Source: Eledone cirrhosa (Eukaryota). From it: 64,000 nucleotides of DNA. The notes beneath the pieces were generated by a model that saw only the letters and a program-made list of their open reading frames with translations, made no database searches and had not been told where the DNA came from. Below are positions 1 through 17,900 of this stretch, piece after piece; the stretch's first letter is position 1; each line of letters begins with the position of its first letter. Position numbers and translations under genes: made by a program. The stretch spans positions 25,916,001-25,980,000 of the forward strand of contig OZ024753.1 in the NCBI GenBank assembly GCA_964016885.1, read 5' to 3'.

Positions 1-1005
1 TTAATAAGCACCCTTGTTCGGTACAGTGGATGTGACCCTTCCATACTTGCCCAGCCACCGTGTGTGTGTTTGCGTATTGGTGGGTCTATCCCAACGTGTA
101 TTGTATGGATTTGTACCTTTGTATGCTCATGAGTTGTGATGTAATACATCTATGTAGAGTGTGTACTGCGTTATAAGATGCACAATTGATTAGATTTAAC
201 CTGCCCCTCGCATTCTATCTTATTTTAGTTTATTTAAATTACCTTTGACTCGTGGTGAACCAATGGGCCTGTGCCCATATGGGACGGAGAGTTGGCCAGT
301 CACTGTGAGCTGACCTGTGCCATCTCGCCGTGGGCGGTAGATATGGAGTACATGTATGTGTTACCCTCCTATTCTGCGGCTCACAGTCTACACGCTGACT
401 TTGGGGTGTTTTTGCCCGGTGTATTTTTGGCATAGTTGGTCTTCCATAGATTGACGCTCTGTGTTATTCTCCCAAGAATAATGTTTTGGCCCCGATAGCC
501 TTCCGTATTTATTAACGGTTTGTTTATAATTGAATCTGGTGACTACACGTGGGAATACGCATCTCCTCATAAGGTTGTATTTTGAATATTCTGTATATAT
601 GTGTACGTATACTGTCTCTGCATATACATGTCTGTGTGTATGTGTGTATGTATAAGTATACATATACTGTCTCTGGACTAACCCTAATGTTGAGTATATT
701 CTTGTGGTGCCGGATTGTTGCTCAATGTTATGATTTTGTGGTTATCGGCTTTGGAAGCTATTTGTTATGCACTGTTGTTGAGTTTTCTTATCTTATATTA
801 TATTAAATGGTATGCATAATAACCTGCTTCACCTGACTGTGTTTTACCACCTGCACTTGCCTGCTTCTGCTCACTAATATGCGCCTCAGTTATTTGCCTC
901 TTGATGTTCGTGCTGCGGTATATGAATTTGCCTCAAACCTTCCCAGCATTTGCTCCTGCTTGTGATATGGATACACCTTGTTAACCAGTTAATTCTTGCC
1001 TGAGT

Positions 1006-1140
1006 GCTCAACTCTATGAATGCACATCTGTGTATTGAACTTTGTAGTGTGAACTTTTTCGGATTGCCCAACCGCTCAACTCTATGAATGTACACCTGTG
1101 GATTGAACTTTGGAGTGTGAACTTTTGGGACTGTCCAACC
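1006..1140. repeat. Tandem duplication of a ~67-bp unit
   Basis: ctcaactctatgaatgYacaYctgtgKattgaactttgKagtgtgaactttt...ccaacc occurs twice in tandem. Confidence 0.8.
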
Positions 1141-2337
1141 TGGGATGTTTCCATTGCATTGTAATGGTCAACTCAATCTAGTGCGGACATAGCATCTGTT
1201 CATAAAAAATCTCATTCGAACACTCTATTGTTGAACTGTGGCTAACTGCAACACCTAAGGCGTTCGTGTCCTGATATATTCCATATATCACCATGAGTCA
1301 ACACTAGTGTCACCTTAGGATTTCTATATTAATATTATTATTACATGCCCTAATAATTACCATCTTGATTACCCTTATTACACCTTTTTACCCCCAGTTA
1401 CATCTTTATAAATATGCATTACTTGGACTGATATGTGTATATATACATATATATATCCTTATATATACGTCTCTTTTATATATATTTTTTATATATATTT
1501 TTGTATATATATTTTTGTGTATTTTATATGTTGTACGTATATCACTTGTTGAACATAGCTTGATAGCTTATGCATTTGCCAGTCTTATCTTTACCCACAC
1601 CTTCCTTTATGGTGTATATTTTACTCCATTTTTTTTGGTGTATTGTTTTATTTATCTTCTGGTGTATATTTTACTCTACTTTATATTATTTTATTTTATT
1701 TTATTTTATTTTATTATTTTTTATTTTTTATCTTTTATCTATTTTTTATCTATTTCTTATCTATTTTTTATCTATTTTTTATCTATATTTTAATCTATTT
1801 TTTAATCTATTTTTTTATCTATTTTTTATCTACCTCTTATCTATTTTTTCTCTATCTCTATCTCTTAACTTGTGCCCATCCGTCTATGATATGTTACTTG
1901 TATGAGTGTATATTGTATGTGTTGCATATGGGTGCTTGTGGTAGGTGCATGCGGGTGCTCATGCTTATGCATATACTTGTATGTAGCTGTATGTTAACGG
2001 AACCCTGCCCAACTGTGAGTGATAACATTTCTTATTTTTTATTTTTTATTTTTTATTTTTTATTTTTCATTTTTATTTTTATTTTTATTTTTATATTTAT
2101 TTTTATTTTTATTTATTTTTATTTTTGTTTTTATTTTTTTATTTTTATTTTTATTTTTATTGTATTTTTATTTTTATTTTTATTTTTAATATTTTTTTAT
2201 TTTTATGTTTATTTTTATTTTACTCTTTTCTTATTTTACTCTTTTTACTTTACTCTTTAAACTCCTCCCAACTTATGGTATCCCCGCATATATTCTTCTG
2301 TTTTGGCTTTGTCAATGCTTGTATACTATGTATTTAC

Positions 2338-2397
2338 TCTTTATAGTCTGAAGAGTCCCACTTCTAGTGTGGACGAAACACTGTTAGCAATTAAAGA
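2338..2397 (+). ncRNA. Minimal type-I hammerhead ribozyme motif
   Basis: CTGAAGA (2348-54), stem II GTCC-CAC ttcta GTG-t-GGAC, GAAA (2375-78), stem III ACA-c-TGT with GUU triplet. Stem I is imperfect (TCTTTA/TAAAGA). Confidence 0.75.
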
Positions 2398-2429
2398 TAT
2401 ACCTATGTTCTAAGCGCTCTTTGTTGTTA

Positions 2430-7044
<4,615 letters not shown>

Positions 7045-7652
7045 GTCAGGTCACCAGTTGTGCTACTGGTAACATGTATCCCAGTACAACCTGTCCCATG
7101 GTCGGGTCGTTGGCGACTAAACTGCAACCCCACCAAGGTTTCCTGGTGAGGAGGGTGACTTTGGACATCCTGCAGGACTAAAAACAAAACCTGTCAAAGG
7201 GCAAAGGAGCTCTTAAGAGTCAATGGCCATCCAAAATCACCGGGAGGGATGACCCCTTAGCCTTTGTCAAGGCAGAATTCTAGGAGAAGGAAAACTCTGA
7301 TATAACACCTGCAACCCTGATGGTATCCAATGATGTTGACTTGTTCTTCTTTTTGGTAAATATCATCTTGGTTAAGAGAGTGGGACTTGGCTTTGTGCAG
7401 TGCCTTTGCTCACTATAAAAGCTTCACGGCACAGGCATTGCTTTGTATCTGGAGATCTCTCTGCACTTGTCGTCACATGGTACCATGGGCCCAGCACTAT
7501 GCGTCAGTAATTGTCACAAGTGTAGTGTTTGTACCAGAGTTTTCAAGTCGCTGGCTGGACTAAAAAGTCACACTCGTTCAGCGCATCGGTAGGGGTTCTC
7601 CTACATGGATATAAAGTAGTGGCCGTACTCGAAAACGAGTTGGCAGCCACCA
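7045..7652 (+). mobile_element. Non-autonomous RTE-LINE derivative (5'UTR-like part fused to ORF C-terminus/3'UTR), copy 1
   Basis: 7515-7592 translates to HKCSVCTRVFKSLAGLKSHTRSAHR* (C2H2 finger, as at RTE ORF C-termini). It ends in the hairpin-bearing tail gtactcgaaaacgagttggcagccacca+(TA)n. A second, 5'-truncated copy lies at 45904-46312. The RTE assignment is from recollection of family features. Confidence 0.65.
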
Positions 7653-7668
7653 TATATATATATATGTA

Positions 7669-8328
7669 AACTATAGTAGGTAAAGTCAATTTTTTAAAAT
7701 TTATTTTGAAACTTTTCATTATTTACTAACCTTGTTTATATTTGTTCTGGCTCGTTAATTTATTAACCCGCCATTGAACCACACTGGCACTTGGTTGGAC
7801 AATACATGCGTACCTTGGCGCCTTGTGCGTGAAGGACGTATTTCATATTACTACTACCTCCACAACGTTGAGAACAAACCGGGTCATTCCGACTGCTGCT
7901 GGCAACAGCGGTGGCTAGTTTGACCTACCTCCTTTTGCCTCTATCTTTGCTACGGCCCTTGATAAACCTGTTCTACACCATCCACTCTCATCCCAGGAAC
8001 AGTTTTTGATAGCGCTAGTTTGTGATTTAAATTCAGGAATTTTATATTCTTTGAATGAAAAGAACCTTCTGACGAGAATCTCTCTTTGCAACGAAGGCCG
8101 TATGGTCTCCGTTTTATTTTTGGGATTCGAAACCGATCGGTAAAGGTAACTATAGTAGGTAAAGTCAATTTTTTAAAATTTATTTGAAACTTTTCATTAT
8201 TTACTAAACCTTGTTTATATTTGTTCTGGCTCGTTAATTTATTAACCCGCCATTGAACCACACTGGCACTTGGTTGGACAATACATGCGTACCTTGGCGC
8301 CTTGTGCGTGAAGGGACGTATTTCATAT
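7669..8328 (+). mobile_element. ~660-bp non-coding element with ~180-bp direct terminal repeats and a hammerhead ribozyme (retrozyme-like / non-autonomous PLE derivative)
   Basis: 7669-7848 and 8148-8328 are near-identical direct repeats (period 479 bp). A hammerhead lies immediately upstream of the second repeat. (TA)n flanks both sides, and there is no credible ORF. Confidence 0.75.
8064..8147 (+). ncRNA. Type-I hammerhead ribozyme with extended stem II
   Basis: ACCTT-CTGACGA-GAATCTC..(39 nt)..GGGATTC-GAAA-CCGATCGG-TA^AAGGT. Stem I ACCTT/AAGGT, stem II GAATCTC/GGGATTC, palindromic stem III ACCGATCGGT, GUA triplet. Confidence 0.88.
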
Positions 8329-8357
8329 ATATATATGTATGTATATATGTATATATG

Positions 8358-8390
<33 letters not shown>

Positions 8391-8573
8391 GTATATATGT
8401 ATATATGTATATATATATATATGTATATATATATATGTATATATATGTATATATATATATATATATATATAATATGTATATATATATATGTATATATATG
8501 TATATATATATATGTATATATATGTATATATATATATGTATATATATTGTATATATATATATGTATATATATG

Positions 8574-8604
<31 letters not shown>

Positions 8605-8617
8605 GTATATATATGTT

Positions 8618-8648
<31 letters not shown>

Positions 8649-8809
8649 GTATATATATATAGGCATATATATATATATGTATATATAGGTATATATATGT
8701 ATATATATGTATATATATATGTATATATATGTATATATATATATGTATATATATATATGTATAATATATATGTATATATATATATGTATATATATATATG
8801 TATATATAT
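8329..8809. repeat. (TA)n/(TATG) microsatellite
   Basis: Directly visible. Confidence 0.97.
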
Positions 8810-8811
8810 GG

Positions 8812-10058
8812 AAAGTTATATTAAAATGTTGGGTTACAACTAGTAAATATTTATAACTGATATAAAAGCACTCAACAAGTATTTGGAGTATATTTACGAT
8901 ATTAAATAAATGGAAACTATATTTATAAAACCATATTTATTTCATTATATATATTTCAGGGATATCATATTAACAATATGTTATGCCTTCTTCAGACAAA
9001 ATACAATATAGACAGTTTTATAGATAAATAGATTTGACATACCGTTCAACATCGACTTGTATTTGAAAAAGTTGATTGGCAGTGAAAAATTGTAAACAGA
9101 AAGAAAGAAAGAAAGAAAGAAGGAAAGAAAGAAAGAAGGAAAGAAAGAAAGAAAACGAAGAAAAAGAAGAAAAAGAAGAAATGCATGCAACAAAATAGAG
9201 AGATGGAAAGATAGATAAAGAGAAGAACTTCATGTAAAGAAACAGAGAGAGAGATATATAGAGAGAGGAGATAGATAGAGATAGATATATATAGAGAAAA
9301 GTAGGTAGTTGAACGACGTATCAATGATACATTTATTTATTTATTTATTTAGCTCTAGTATTAATGTAAGGGAGATATATGTGGTTAGGAAAGAAACCAG
9401 CCGTTATATAGAGAGAAAAATGAAAAGTAACCAGACATAGGCGAGGCAGAGTTTAAAAACCCTATGTTTTAATGTAGAAATATTAGTTCGTATAAAAACC
9501 AGGCACTATAATGTAAATATCAGTATTCCTGAATGAGACACGTATCTATAATGTGTGAAAAGTAATGATCTTATGTCTAGTTTTAAAAATTCATATGTTT
9601 ATATGATAACTACAAACATCGATGTGAATTTACGTGATCAACTCCGCAAACCCCTATTTCACACGGAGAACATTCTCATTGTGCTATAAAAATTTAAGTA
9701 TACATATATGTGTATATATACACACATATATATAGAGTCTATATTAATTTTAACAATACTATTCTTGTCTTTACTCTACATGATTATCTATCAAGCAGAA
9801 ATAGAGAACAGATTTCAATATATTAATAAAAATATCAGAAACAAAAAATAATAATAATAATAAACAAATAAATAGAAAACTAAAAAATATTACATATTAA
9901 AAATGAAAATATTAAAAATATTAAAAAAATATTAAAAAATATTAAAAAATATTAAAAAATATTAAAAAATAATAAAAATAAAAACATAATATGCCACGCA
10001 AATCGACCACAAAGATCAACCCTTCAAAATTAATTGACAATATATTGCCAAGTTCATT
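8812..10058 (-). mobile_element. 3' remnant of a Penelope-like element related to the one at 38341-41622; runs into the assembly gap
   Basis: The reverse complement of ~8893-9035 aligns with 41478-41622 (…atgaaataaatatggttttataaatatagtttccattt…aatatcgta), including the hammerhead. Confidence 0.7.
8939..9002 (-). ncRNA. Type-I hammerhead ribozyme motif
   Basis: Minus strand reads ATTTTGT-CTGAAGA-AGGcATAACATATT gtt AATATGATATcCCT-GAAA-TATATA-TA^ATGAAAT. Confidence 0.8.
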
Positions 10059-10258
10059 NNNNNNNNNNNNNNNNNNNNNNNNNNNNNNNNNNNNNNNNNN
10101 NNNNNNNNNNNNNNNNNNNNNNNNNNNNNNNNNNNNNNNNNNNNNNNNNNNNNNNNNNNNNNNNNNNNNNNNNNNNNNNNNNNNNNNNNNNNNNNNNNNN
10201 NNNNNNNNNNNNNNNNNNNNNNNNNNNNNNNNNNNNNNNNNNNNNNNNNNNNNNNNNN
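10059..10258. other. Assembly gap (200 N)
   Basis: Run of n characters. Confidence 1.
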
Positions 10259-10338
10259 TATATATATAATATATATATAATATATATGATATATATATAT
10301 ATAATAATATATATATATAATATATATATATATATATA

Positions 10339-10420
<82 letters not shown>

Positions 10421-10656
10421 ATAATATATATATATATAATATATATATATAATTTATATATATATATAATATATATATATATATATAATTTATATATATA
10501 TATATGATATATATATATATATATATAATATATATATATGATATATATATATATAATATATATATATGATATATATATATATATAATATATATATATAAT
10601 ATATATATATATATATAATATATATATATAATATATATATGATATATATATATAAT

Positions 10657-10691
<35 letters not shown>

Positions 10692-10702
10692 GATATATAT
10701 AT

Positions 10703-10755
<53 letters not shown>

Positions 10756-10844
10756 TATATGATATATATATATATATATAATATATATATATATAATATA
10801 TATATATGATATATATATATATATATAATATATATATATATAAT

Positions 10845-10876
<32 letters not shown>

Positions 10877-10878
10877 AT

Positions 10879-10909
<31 letters not shown>

Positions 10910-10923
10910 GATATATATATAAT

Positions 10924-10960
<37 letters not shown>

Positions 10961-11192
10961 GATATATATATAAATATATAATATATATATGATATATATA
11001 TAATATATATATATGATATATATAATATATATATGATATATATATATGATATATATATAATATATATAATATATATATAATATATATATGATATATATAT
11101 ATAATATATATATGATATATATAATATATATATGATATATATATATGATATATATAATATATATAATATATATATAATATATATATGATATA

Positions 11193-11223
<31 letters not shown>

Positions 11224-11264
11224 GATATATATGATAATATATATAATATATATATATATATATG

Positions 11265-11318
<54 letters not shown>

Positions 11319-11489
11319 ATATATATAATATATATATATATATGATATATATAATATATATATATATGATATATATAATATATATATATATGATATATAT
11401 AATATATATATATATATATGATATATATAATATATATATATATATAATATATATATATATATGATATATATATAATATATATATATATA

Positions 11490-11527
<38 letters not shown>

Positions 11528-11823
11528 TATATATATGATATATATATAATATATATATATATATGATATATATATATATAATATATATATATGATATATA
11601 TATATATGATATATATATGATATATATATATATGATATATATATATGATATATATATATATGATATATATATATATGATATATATATATATATATGATAT
11701 ATATATATATGATATATATATATATGATATATATATATATATATGATATATATATATATATGATATATATATATATGATATATATATATATAATATATAT
11801 ATGATATATATATATTATATATA

Positions 11824-11861
<38 letters not shown>

Positions 11862-12398
11862 TATATAATATATATATGATATATATATTATATATATAAT
11901 ATATATACATATATATAATATATATAATATATAATATATAATATATATATATATATATATAATATATATAATATATAATATATATATAATATATATATAT
12001 GATATATAATATATATATAATATATATATATATGATATATAATATATATGATATATAATATATATTATATATAATATATATGATATATTATATGATATAT
12101 AATATATATGATATATATGATATATATAATATATATATATATAAATATAATATATATAAAATATATATATATAAATATAATATATATAAAATATATATAT
12201 ATATATAATATATAATATATATAATATATATATAATATATATAATATATATATAATATATATAATATATAATATATATAATATATATATAATATATATAA
12301 TATATATAAATATAATATATATATAATATTATATATGATATATAATGTATATATATATATATATATACATGATATGATATATATATATGATATATATA
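10259..12398. repeat. ~2.1-kb (TA)n microsatellite with TAA/TGA interruptions
   Basis: Directly visible. Its interruptions differ from those of the TATG-type tract at 2434-7044. Confidence 0.97.
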
Positions 12399-12506
12399 CC
12401 GCGATAAATTAACGGAGGCATAGGCCCTCGCTATTCCCTGTAAATAGTGTGCTCAAAGGAGAAGAAATCCTGAACTCTTTAAAATACAATAGTTTGAAAA
12501 GGTAAC

Positions 12507-12821
12507 ACACCAGAGAGAGATATACAGCGCGCTATCAATAAAACAGGGAAAAAACCACCAGTGTATGGAATCTATAACCTATGAAAGGCAGACTATAGAC
12601 ACGATAATTACAAATATAAATTAAAGCGTAAATAAATACCTCTATAACTATATAACACACGTACAAATCCAAAGAGATGTTTCGCCAGTAATTTGTTGAC
12701 AGAGGTATTTATTTACGCTTTAATTTTTTAATTATCCTGTCTATAGTCTGCCTTTATAGATTCCATACACTGGTTTTTTCCCTGTTTTATTGATAGCGCA
12801 CTGTATATCTCTCTCTGGTGT
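12507..12821. repeat. Inverted repeat (arms ~12507-12643 and ~12701-12821)
   Basis: acaccagagagagatatacag…aaataaatacctct versus agaggtatttattt…ctgtatatctctctctggtgt, with small indels. Confidence 0.85.
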
Positions 12822-12899
12822 ATCTATACCGATGCTAATCGTATTATCACAAACTAGCAGAAAAAGCACCGTTAGGGTGCTTTTCCGTTAGTTTGTGTA

Positions 12900-12983
12900 T
12901 ATTGTCAATTACGATTTCATTTGATGTATCATATCTACATGTATGTAGATATGATACATCAAATGAAATCGTAATTGACAATA
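12900..12983. repeat. Perfect palindrome, 41-bp arms, 2-nt centre
   Basis: tattgtcaattacgatttcatttgatgtatcatatctacat-gt-atgtagatatgatacatcaaatgaaatcgtaattgacaata. Confidence 0.95.
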
Positions 12984-13990
12984 AGCACAAAAAATGAAGA
13001 GAGACTGTGTTACACTGTCTTCTGTAATCAGTAAATTAATCTATGATGCATTTAAAAAAGACGATATTATATATAAACTGTATATATAATAAACTAAAAA
13101 GTTATGAAAACGAAAAAGGAGAAAATTAGCGACGGAAATATTAACCTTATGTGCGGATGCAAATATACGAACGTTTATATAAGCGATGTGATAAGTGTTA
13201 TAATATAACCGACGCTAACAAGAAGTGTTGACATTTGAAAATTTAAAAGAAGTGAATCTTAAAATAAGCAATACTTTATATATGAGAATATTAATATTTA
13301 ATCAAGAGCTACGAAATTTAGAACACGGATTATGTAATATTCATTCATTATTTATTCAAATTAATCTAACTTATTTTACTAACGGGATAAAAAAATATAT
13401 TGAGGACACAATCCCGCACTCCTCCCTTTATTATATTATGATTTCCTTTCCTTCAATCCATTATGGCGTCGTCGTAGCTGATAGCGAGCCTTCGACATTT
13501 TCAACTTACTGAAAGTCAATCAAACTCTAGGTGGGAACAGAGCCGATGTCTTTTAGAAAGAAATATGGTGAAAGGGGAAATGATGGCGATGGAGGAAGGA
13601 GGAGAGGTGAAAGAAGGGTGGGGAAAGACGAGGTGGGTGAAGCTATGGTGGGGGAAGATGAGATGTGTGAGGCTAGGGTGAAGGAAGATGAGGTGTGTGC
13701 AAATATTTAGAATCATTAGAGTCGCTTATATGGACACCACTACATAATTTGTATTGGTTATATCGATCAGTAAATGAGAATAAGGTCGACCCTCGACAGG
13801 AGCTGAAAGACATCGGTCAATATAAGAAAGGGAAGTATTACACTATTAACATGTAAACTATTGAACTGACAGAAGTGATAGAATAATAATTTATTTCATA
13901 GTATTTATCCTTCGACATATTTAATTCGTTTACGTCCTTCCCTTAAAAATGAATAAAATAAATTCTATATATTAGCTGGCGTCCATTACT

Positions 13991-14058
13991 CAAATTTCTG
14001 GACTCAGGTTCCATAAGATATACACAAATTTCTGGACTCAGGTTCCGTAAGATATACT
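13991..14058. repeat. Tandem duplication, 34-bp unit
   Basis: caaatttctggactcaggttccRtaagatatac occurs twice. Confidence 0.85.
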
Positions 14059-14719
14059 CTTTCCAGACCACAAAGAAAGAGAAAACAATTAAATCGGTGG
14101 AGAAATAAGTATGTTCGAGATGTTTCTATTTACTGACGCTCCCCATCAACATAAAAGTTGTAATTAATTTTCTTTTAACATATATAACAATTTTTTGCAT
14201 TTTTGGATTGAACCAAAATAATTTATAAGCACGTATTTGTGAATTTCTATCTGTTTTTTTTTGGGTTTTTTTCGCATAGTTAGCAAGTTTCTTATTTTAT
14301 ATTTTGCCTAAAGAAATTCACAAGACCAAACTGCATTAAAGAGTTTTCAATAGAGATAAATAAAAAAATTCCTGATGAAATAATTATTTTCCTATAATAT
14401 TAATTTATATTTTGTCTATTTATGTATTTTTAAGATTTCCTAACTTTCGATGAGAATAGAAGCTAGACAAATCAATACATTTTTAGACCTAGCGCTTGAG
14501 GATGTTGATAGACTAAGTTCCATTCTACTGGTTCAGTGCATTTTCTAAATTACCTCGGGAAGTTAACACATGATAAAAACCGCATGGGTGTGTTTCACTG
14601 CTGTAATCAACAAAACTGAATACCTCAATATATTTAGTAAGGTGCTCTACCATCGTGGTTATCCCTACAGCCTTTATATAAATTAGAGTGGTTCGTGAAA
14701 ACATCAGTCTTTGCCATTA

Positions 14720-14900
14720 TGGCAGAATCGGTGGAGCGTTGGACACCATGCTTTGAATCATAGAGTTATGGCCCTTTACGTTGTGAGTTGAAATCCCGCC
14801 GAGGTTAACTTTGCCTTTCATCCTTGCTGGGTTGATAAAATAAAGTACCAGTAATGTACTGAGTAATTGCTGGCCTTGTACCAAAAACAGAAACAATTAT
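14720..14900 (+). mobile_element. tRNA-derived SINE (family A)
   Basis: A-box-like tggcagaatcgg, degenerate B box gagttgaaatccc, body gaggttaactttgcctttcatcc…gataaaataaagtaccag. Homologous to 60955-61138. Confidence 0.85.
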
Positions 14901-14932
14901 TATATAGTGTCAAGGGCGGCGAATTGGCAGCT

Positions 14933-17900
14933 TCGTTAGAACCTCATATAAAATGCTCTAATTTTCGTTAGAACCAAATATAGAAGGCTCCAATTCTCCG
15001 TTAGAATCTCATATAGAATGCTCTACTTCTTTAGAACTTCATATAGAATGCTCTAATTATCCGTTAGAACCTCATATGGAATGCTCTAATTCCCGTTAGA
15101 ACGAAATATAGAATACAATAAGTCTCCGATAGAACGACATATAGAATGCTATAATTCTCAATTAGAACCTGATATAGCATGCTCTAATTCTTCATTAGAA
15201 CGACATATAGAATGCTCTAATTCTTCGTTAGAACCTCATATAGAATGCTCTAATTCTCATTTGAACCTCATATCGAATGCACTAATTCTTCGTTAGAACC
15301 TCATATAGAATGCTCTAATTCTTCGTTAGAACCTCATATAGATTGCTCTAATTCTTCGTTAGAACCTCATATAGAATGCTCTAATTCTTCATTAGAACGA
15401 CATATAGAATGCTCTAATTCTTCGTTAGAACCTCATAGAGAATGTTCTAATTCTTCGTTAGAACCTCATAGAGAATGTTCTATTTCTTCGTTAGAACCTC
15501 ATATAGAATGCTCAAATTCTCCATTAGAACCTCATATAGAATGCTCTAATTTTCCTTTAGAACGACATATAGAATATTCTAATTCTCCGTTAGAACTTCA
15601 TATACAATGATCTAATTCTTCGTTAGAAACTCATATAGATAGCTCTAATTCTTCGTTACAACCTCGTATAGAATGTCCTAATTCTTCGTTACAACCTCCT
15701 ATAGAATGCCCTAATTCTTCGTTACAACCTCATATAGAATGAGCTAATTCTTCGTCAGAACGACATATAGAATGCTCTAATTCTCCGTTAGAACCTCATA
15801 TAGAATGCTCTTATTATTCAATAGAACCTAATATAGAATGCTCTAATTCTTCGTTGGAACCTCATATAGAATGTTTTAATTCTTCGTTAGAACCTCATAT
15901 AGGATGCTCTAATTCTCCGTTAGAACCTCATATAGAATGCTCTAATTCTTCGTTGGAACCTCATATAGAATGCTCTTATTCTTCCTTAGAACCTCATATA
16001 GAATGCTCTAATTCTTCCTTAGAACCTCATATAGAATGCTCTAATTCTTGCTTAGAACCTCATATAGAATGCTCTAATTCTCCGTTACAACCTCATATAG
16101 ACGCAATAATTCTTCGCTAGAACGACATATAGAATGCTCTAATTCTTTGTTAGAACCTCATATAGAATGCTCTAATTCTTCGTTAGAACCTCATATAGAA
16201 TATTCTAATTCTTCGTTAGAACCTCATATAGAATGCGCTAATTCTTCGTTAGAACGACATATAGAATGCTCTAATTCTGCGATAGAACCTCATATAGAAT
16301 GCTCTAATTGTTCGTTACAACCTCATATAGAATGCTCTAATTCTTCGTTACAACCTCATATAGAATGCTCTAATTCTTCATTAGAACGACATATACAATA
16401 TTCTAATTCTTCGTTAGAACGACATATAGAATGCTCTAATTCTCCGTTAGAACCTCATTTAGAATGCTCTAATTCTTCGTTAGAACGACCTATAGGATGC
16501 TCTTATTTTTCGTTAGTACGACCTATAGAATGCTCTAATTTTTCGTTAGAACCTCATATAGAATGCACTAATTCTTTGTTAGAACCTCATATAGAATGCA
16601 CTAATTCTTCGTTAGAACCTCATATAGAATGCACTAATTCTTTGTTAGAACCTCATATAGAACCCTCTAATTCTTCGTTAGAAATACATATAGAATGCTC
16701 TAACTCTCCGTTAGAACGACATATAGAATGCGCTTATTCTTCGTTAGAACATCACGTAGAATGCTCTAATTCTTCGTTAGAACGACATATAGAATGCTCT
16801 AATTCTTCGTTAGGACCTCATATAGGATGCTCTAATTCTTCATTAGAACGACATATAGAATGCTCTAATTCTTCGTTAGAACGACATATAGAATGCTCTA
16901 ATTCTTCGTTAGATCGACACATAGAATGCTCTAATTCTTCCTTAGGACCTCATATAGAATGCTCTAATTCTTCGTTAAAACCTCATATAGATTGCTCTAA
17001 TTCTTCGTTACAACCTCATATAGAATGCTCTAATTCTTCATTAGAATGACATATAGAATGCTCTAATTCTTCGTTAGAACCTCATAGAGAATGTTCTATT
17101 TCTTCAGTAGAACCTCATATAGAATGCTCAAATTCTCCATTAGAACCACATATAGAATGCTCTAATTCTCTGGTAGAACTTCATATACAATGATCTAATT
17201 CTTCGTTAGAACCTCATATAGAATGCCCTAACTCTTCGTTACAACCTCGTATAGAATGCTCTAATTCTTCGTTAAAACCTCATATACAATGCTCTAATTC
17301 TTCGTTAGAACGAGATATAGAATGCTCTAATTCTTCGTTAGAACGAGATATAGAATGCTCTAATTCTCCGTTAGAACCTCATATAGAATGCTCTAATTCT
17401 CCGTTAGAACCTCATATAGAATGCTCTAATTCTCCGTTAGAACCTCATATAGAACCAATAATTCTTCGTTAGAACGACATATAGACGACTCTAATTCTTC
17501 GTTAGTACCTCATATAGAATGCTCTAATTCTCCGTTAGAACCTCATATAGAATGCTCTAATTCTCCGTTAGAACCTCATATAGACCCAATAATTCTTCGT
17601 TAGAACGACATATAGACGACTCTAATTCTTCGTTGGAACCTCATATTGCATGCTCTAATTCTCCGTTAGAACCTCATATAAAATGCAATAATTCTTCGTT
17701 AGAACGACATATAGAATGCTCTAATTCTTCGTTAGAACCTCATATAGAATGCTCTAATTCTTCGTTAGAACCTCATATAGAATATTCTAATTCTTCGTTA
17801 GAACCTCATATAGAATGCTCTAATTCTACGATAGAACCTCATATAGAATGCTCTAATTGTACGTTACAACCTCATATAGAATGCACTAATTCTTCGTTAG

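Larger units (their letters stand above)
1..2425 (+). mobile_element. Probable 3' non-coding remnant (UTR/pseudo-LTR) of a Penelope-like element; 5' extent unknown
   Basis: T-rich low-complexity UTR-like sequence ending in a hammerhead motif (2348-2385), followed ~45 bp later by a (TA)n tract. The same architecture is seen at the 3' ends of the PLEs at 38341-41622 and 41679-45886. No coding part is visible. Confidence 0.45.

Noticed and set aside
7045-7130. HDV-like ribozyme at the 5' end of the RTE derivative (gtcgttggcgac hairpin then ctaa)
   Set aside because: I could not build a convincing P1/P1.1/P3 double pseudoknot by eye. A descriptor search on the family consensus would be needed.
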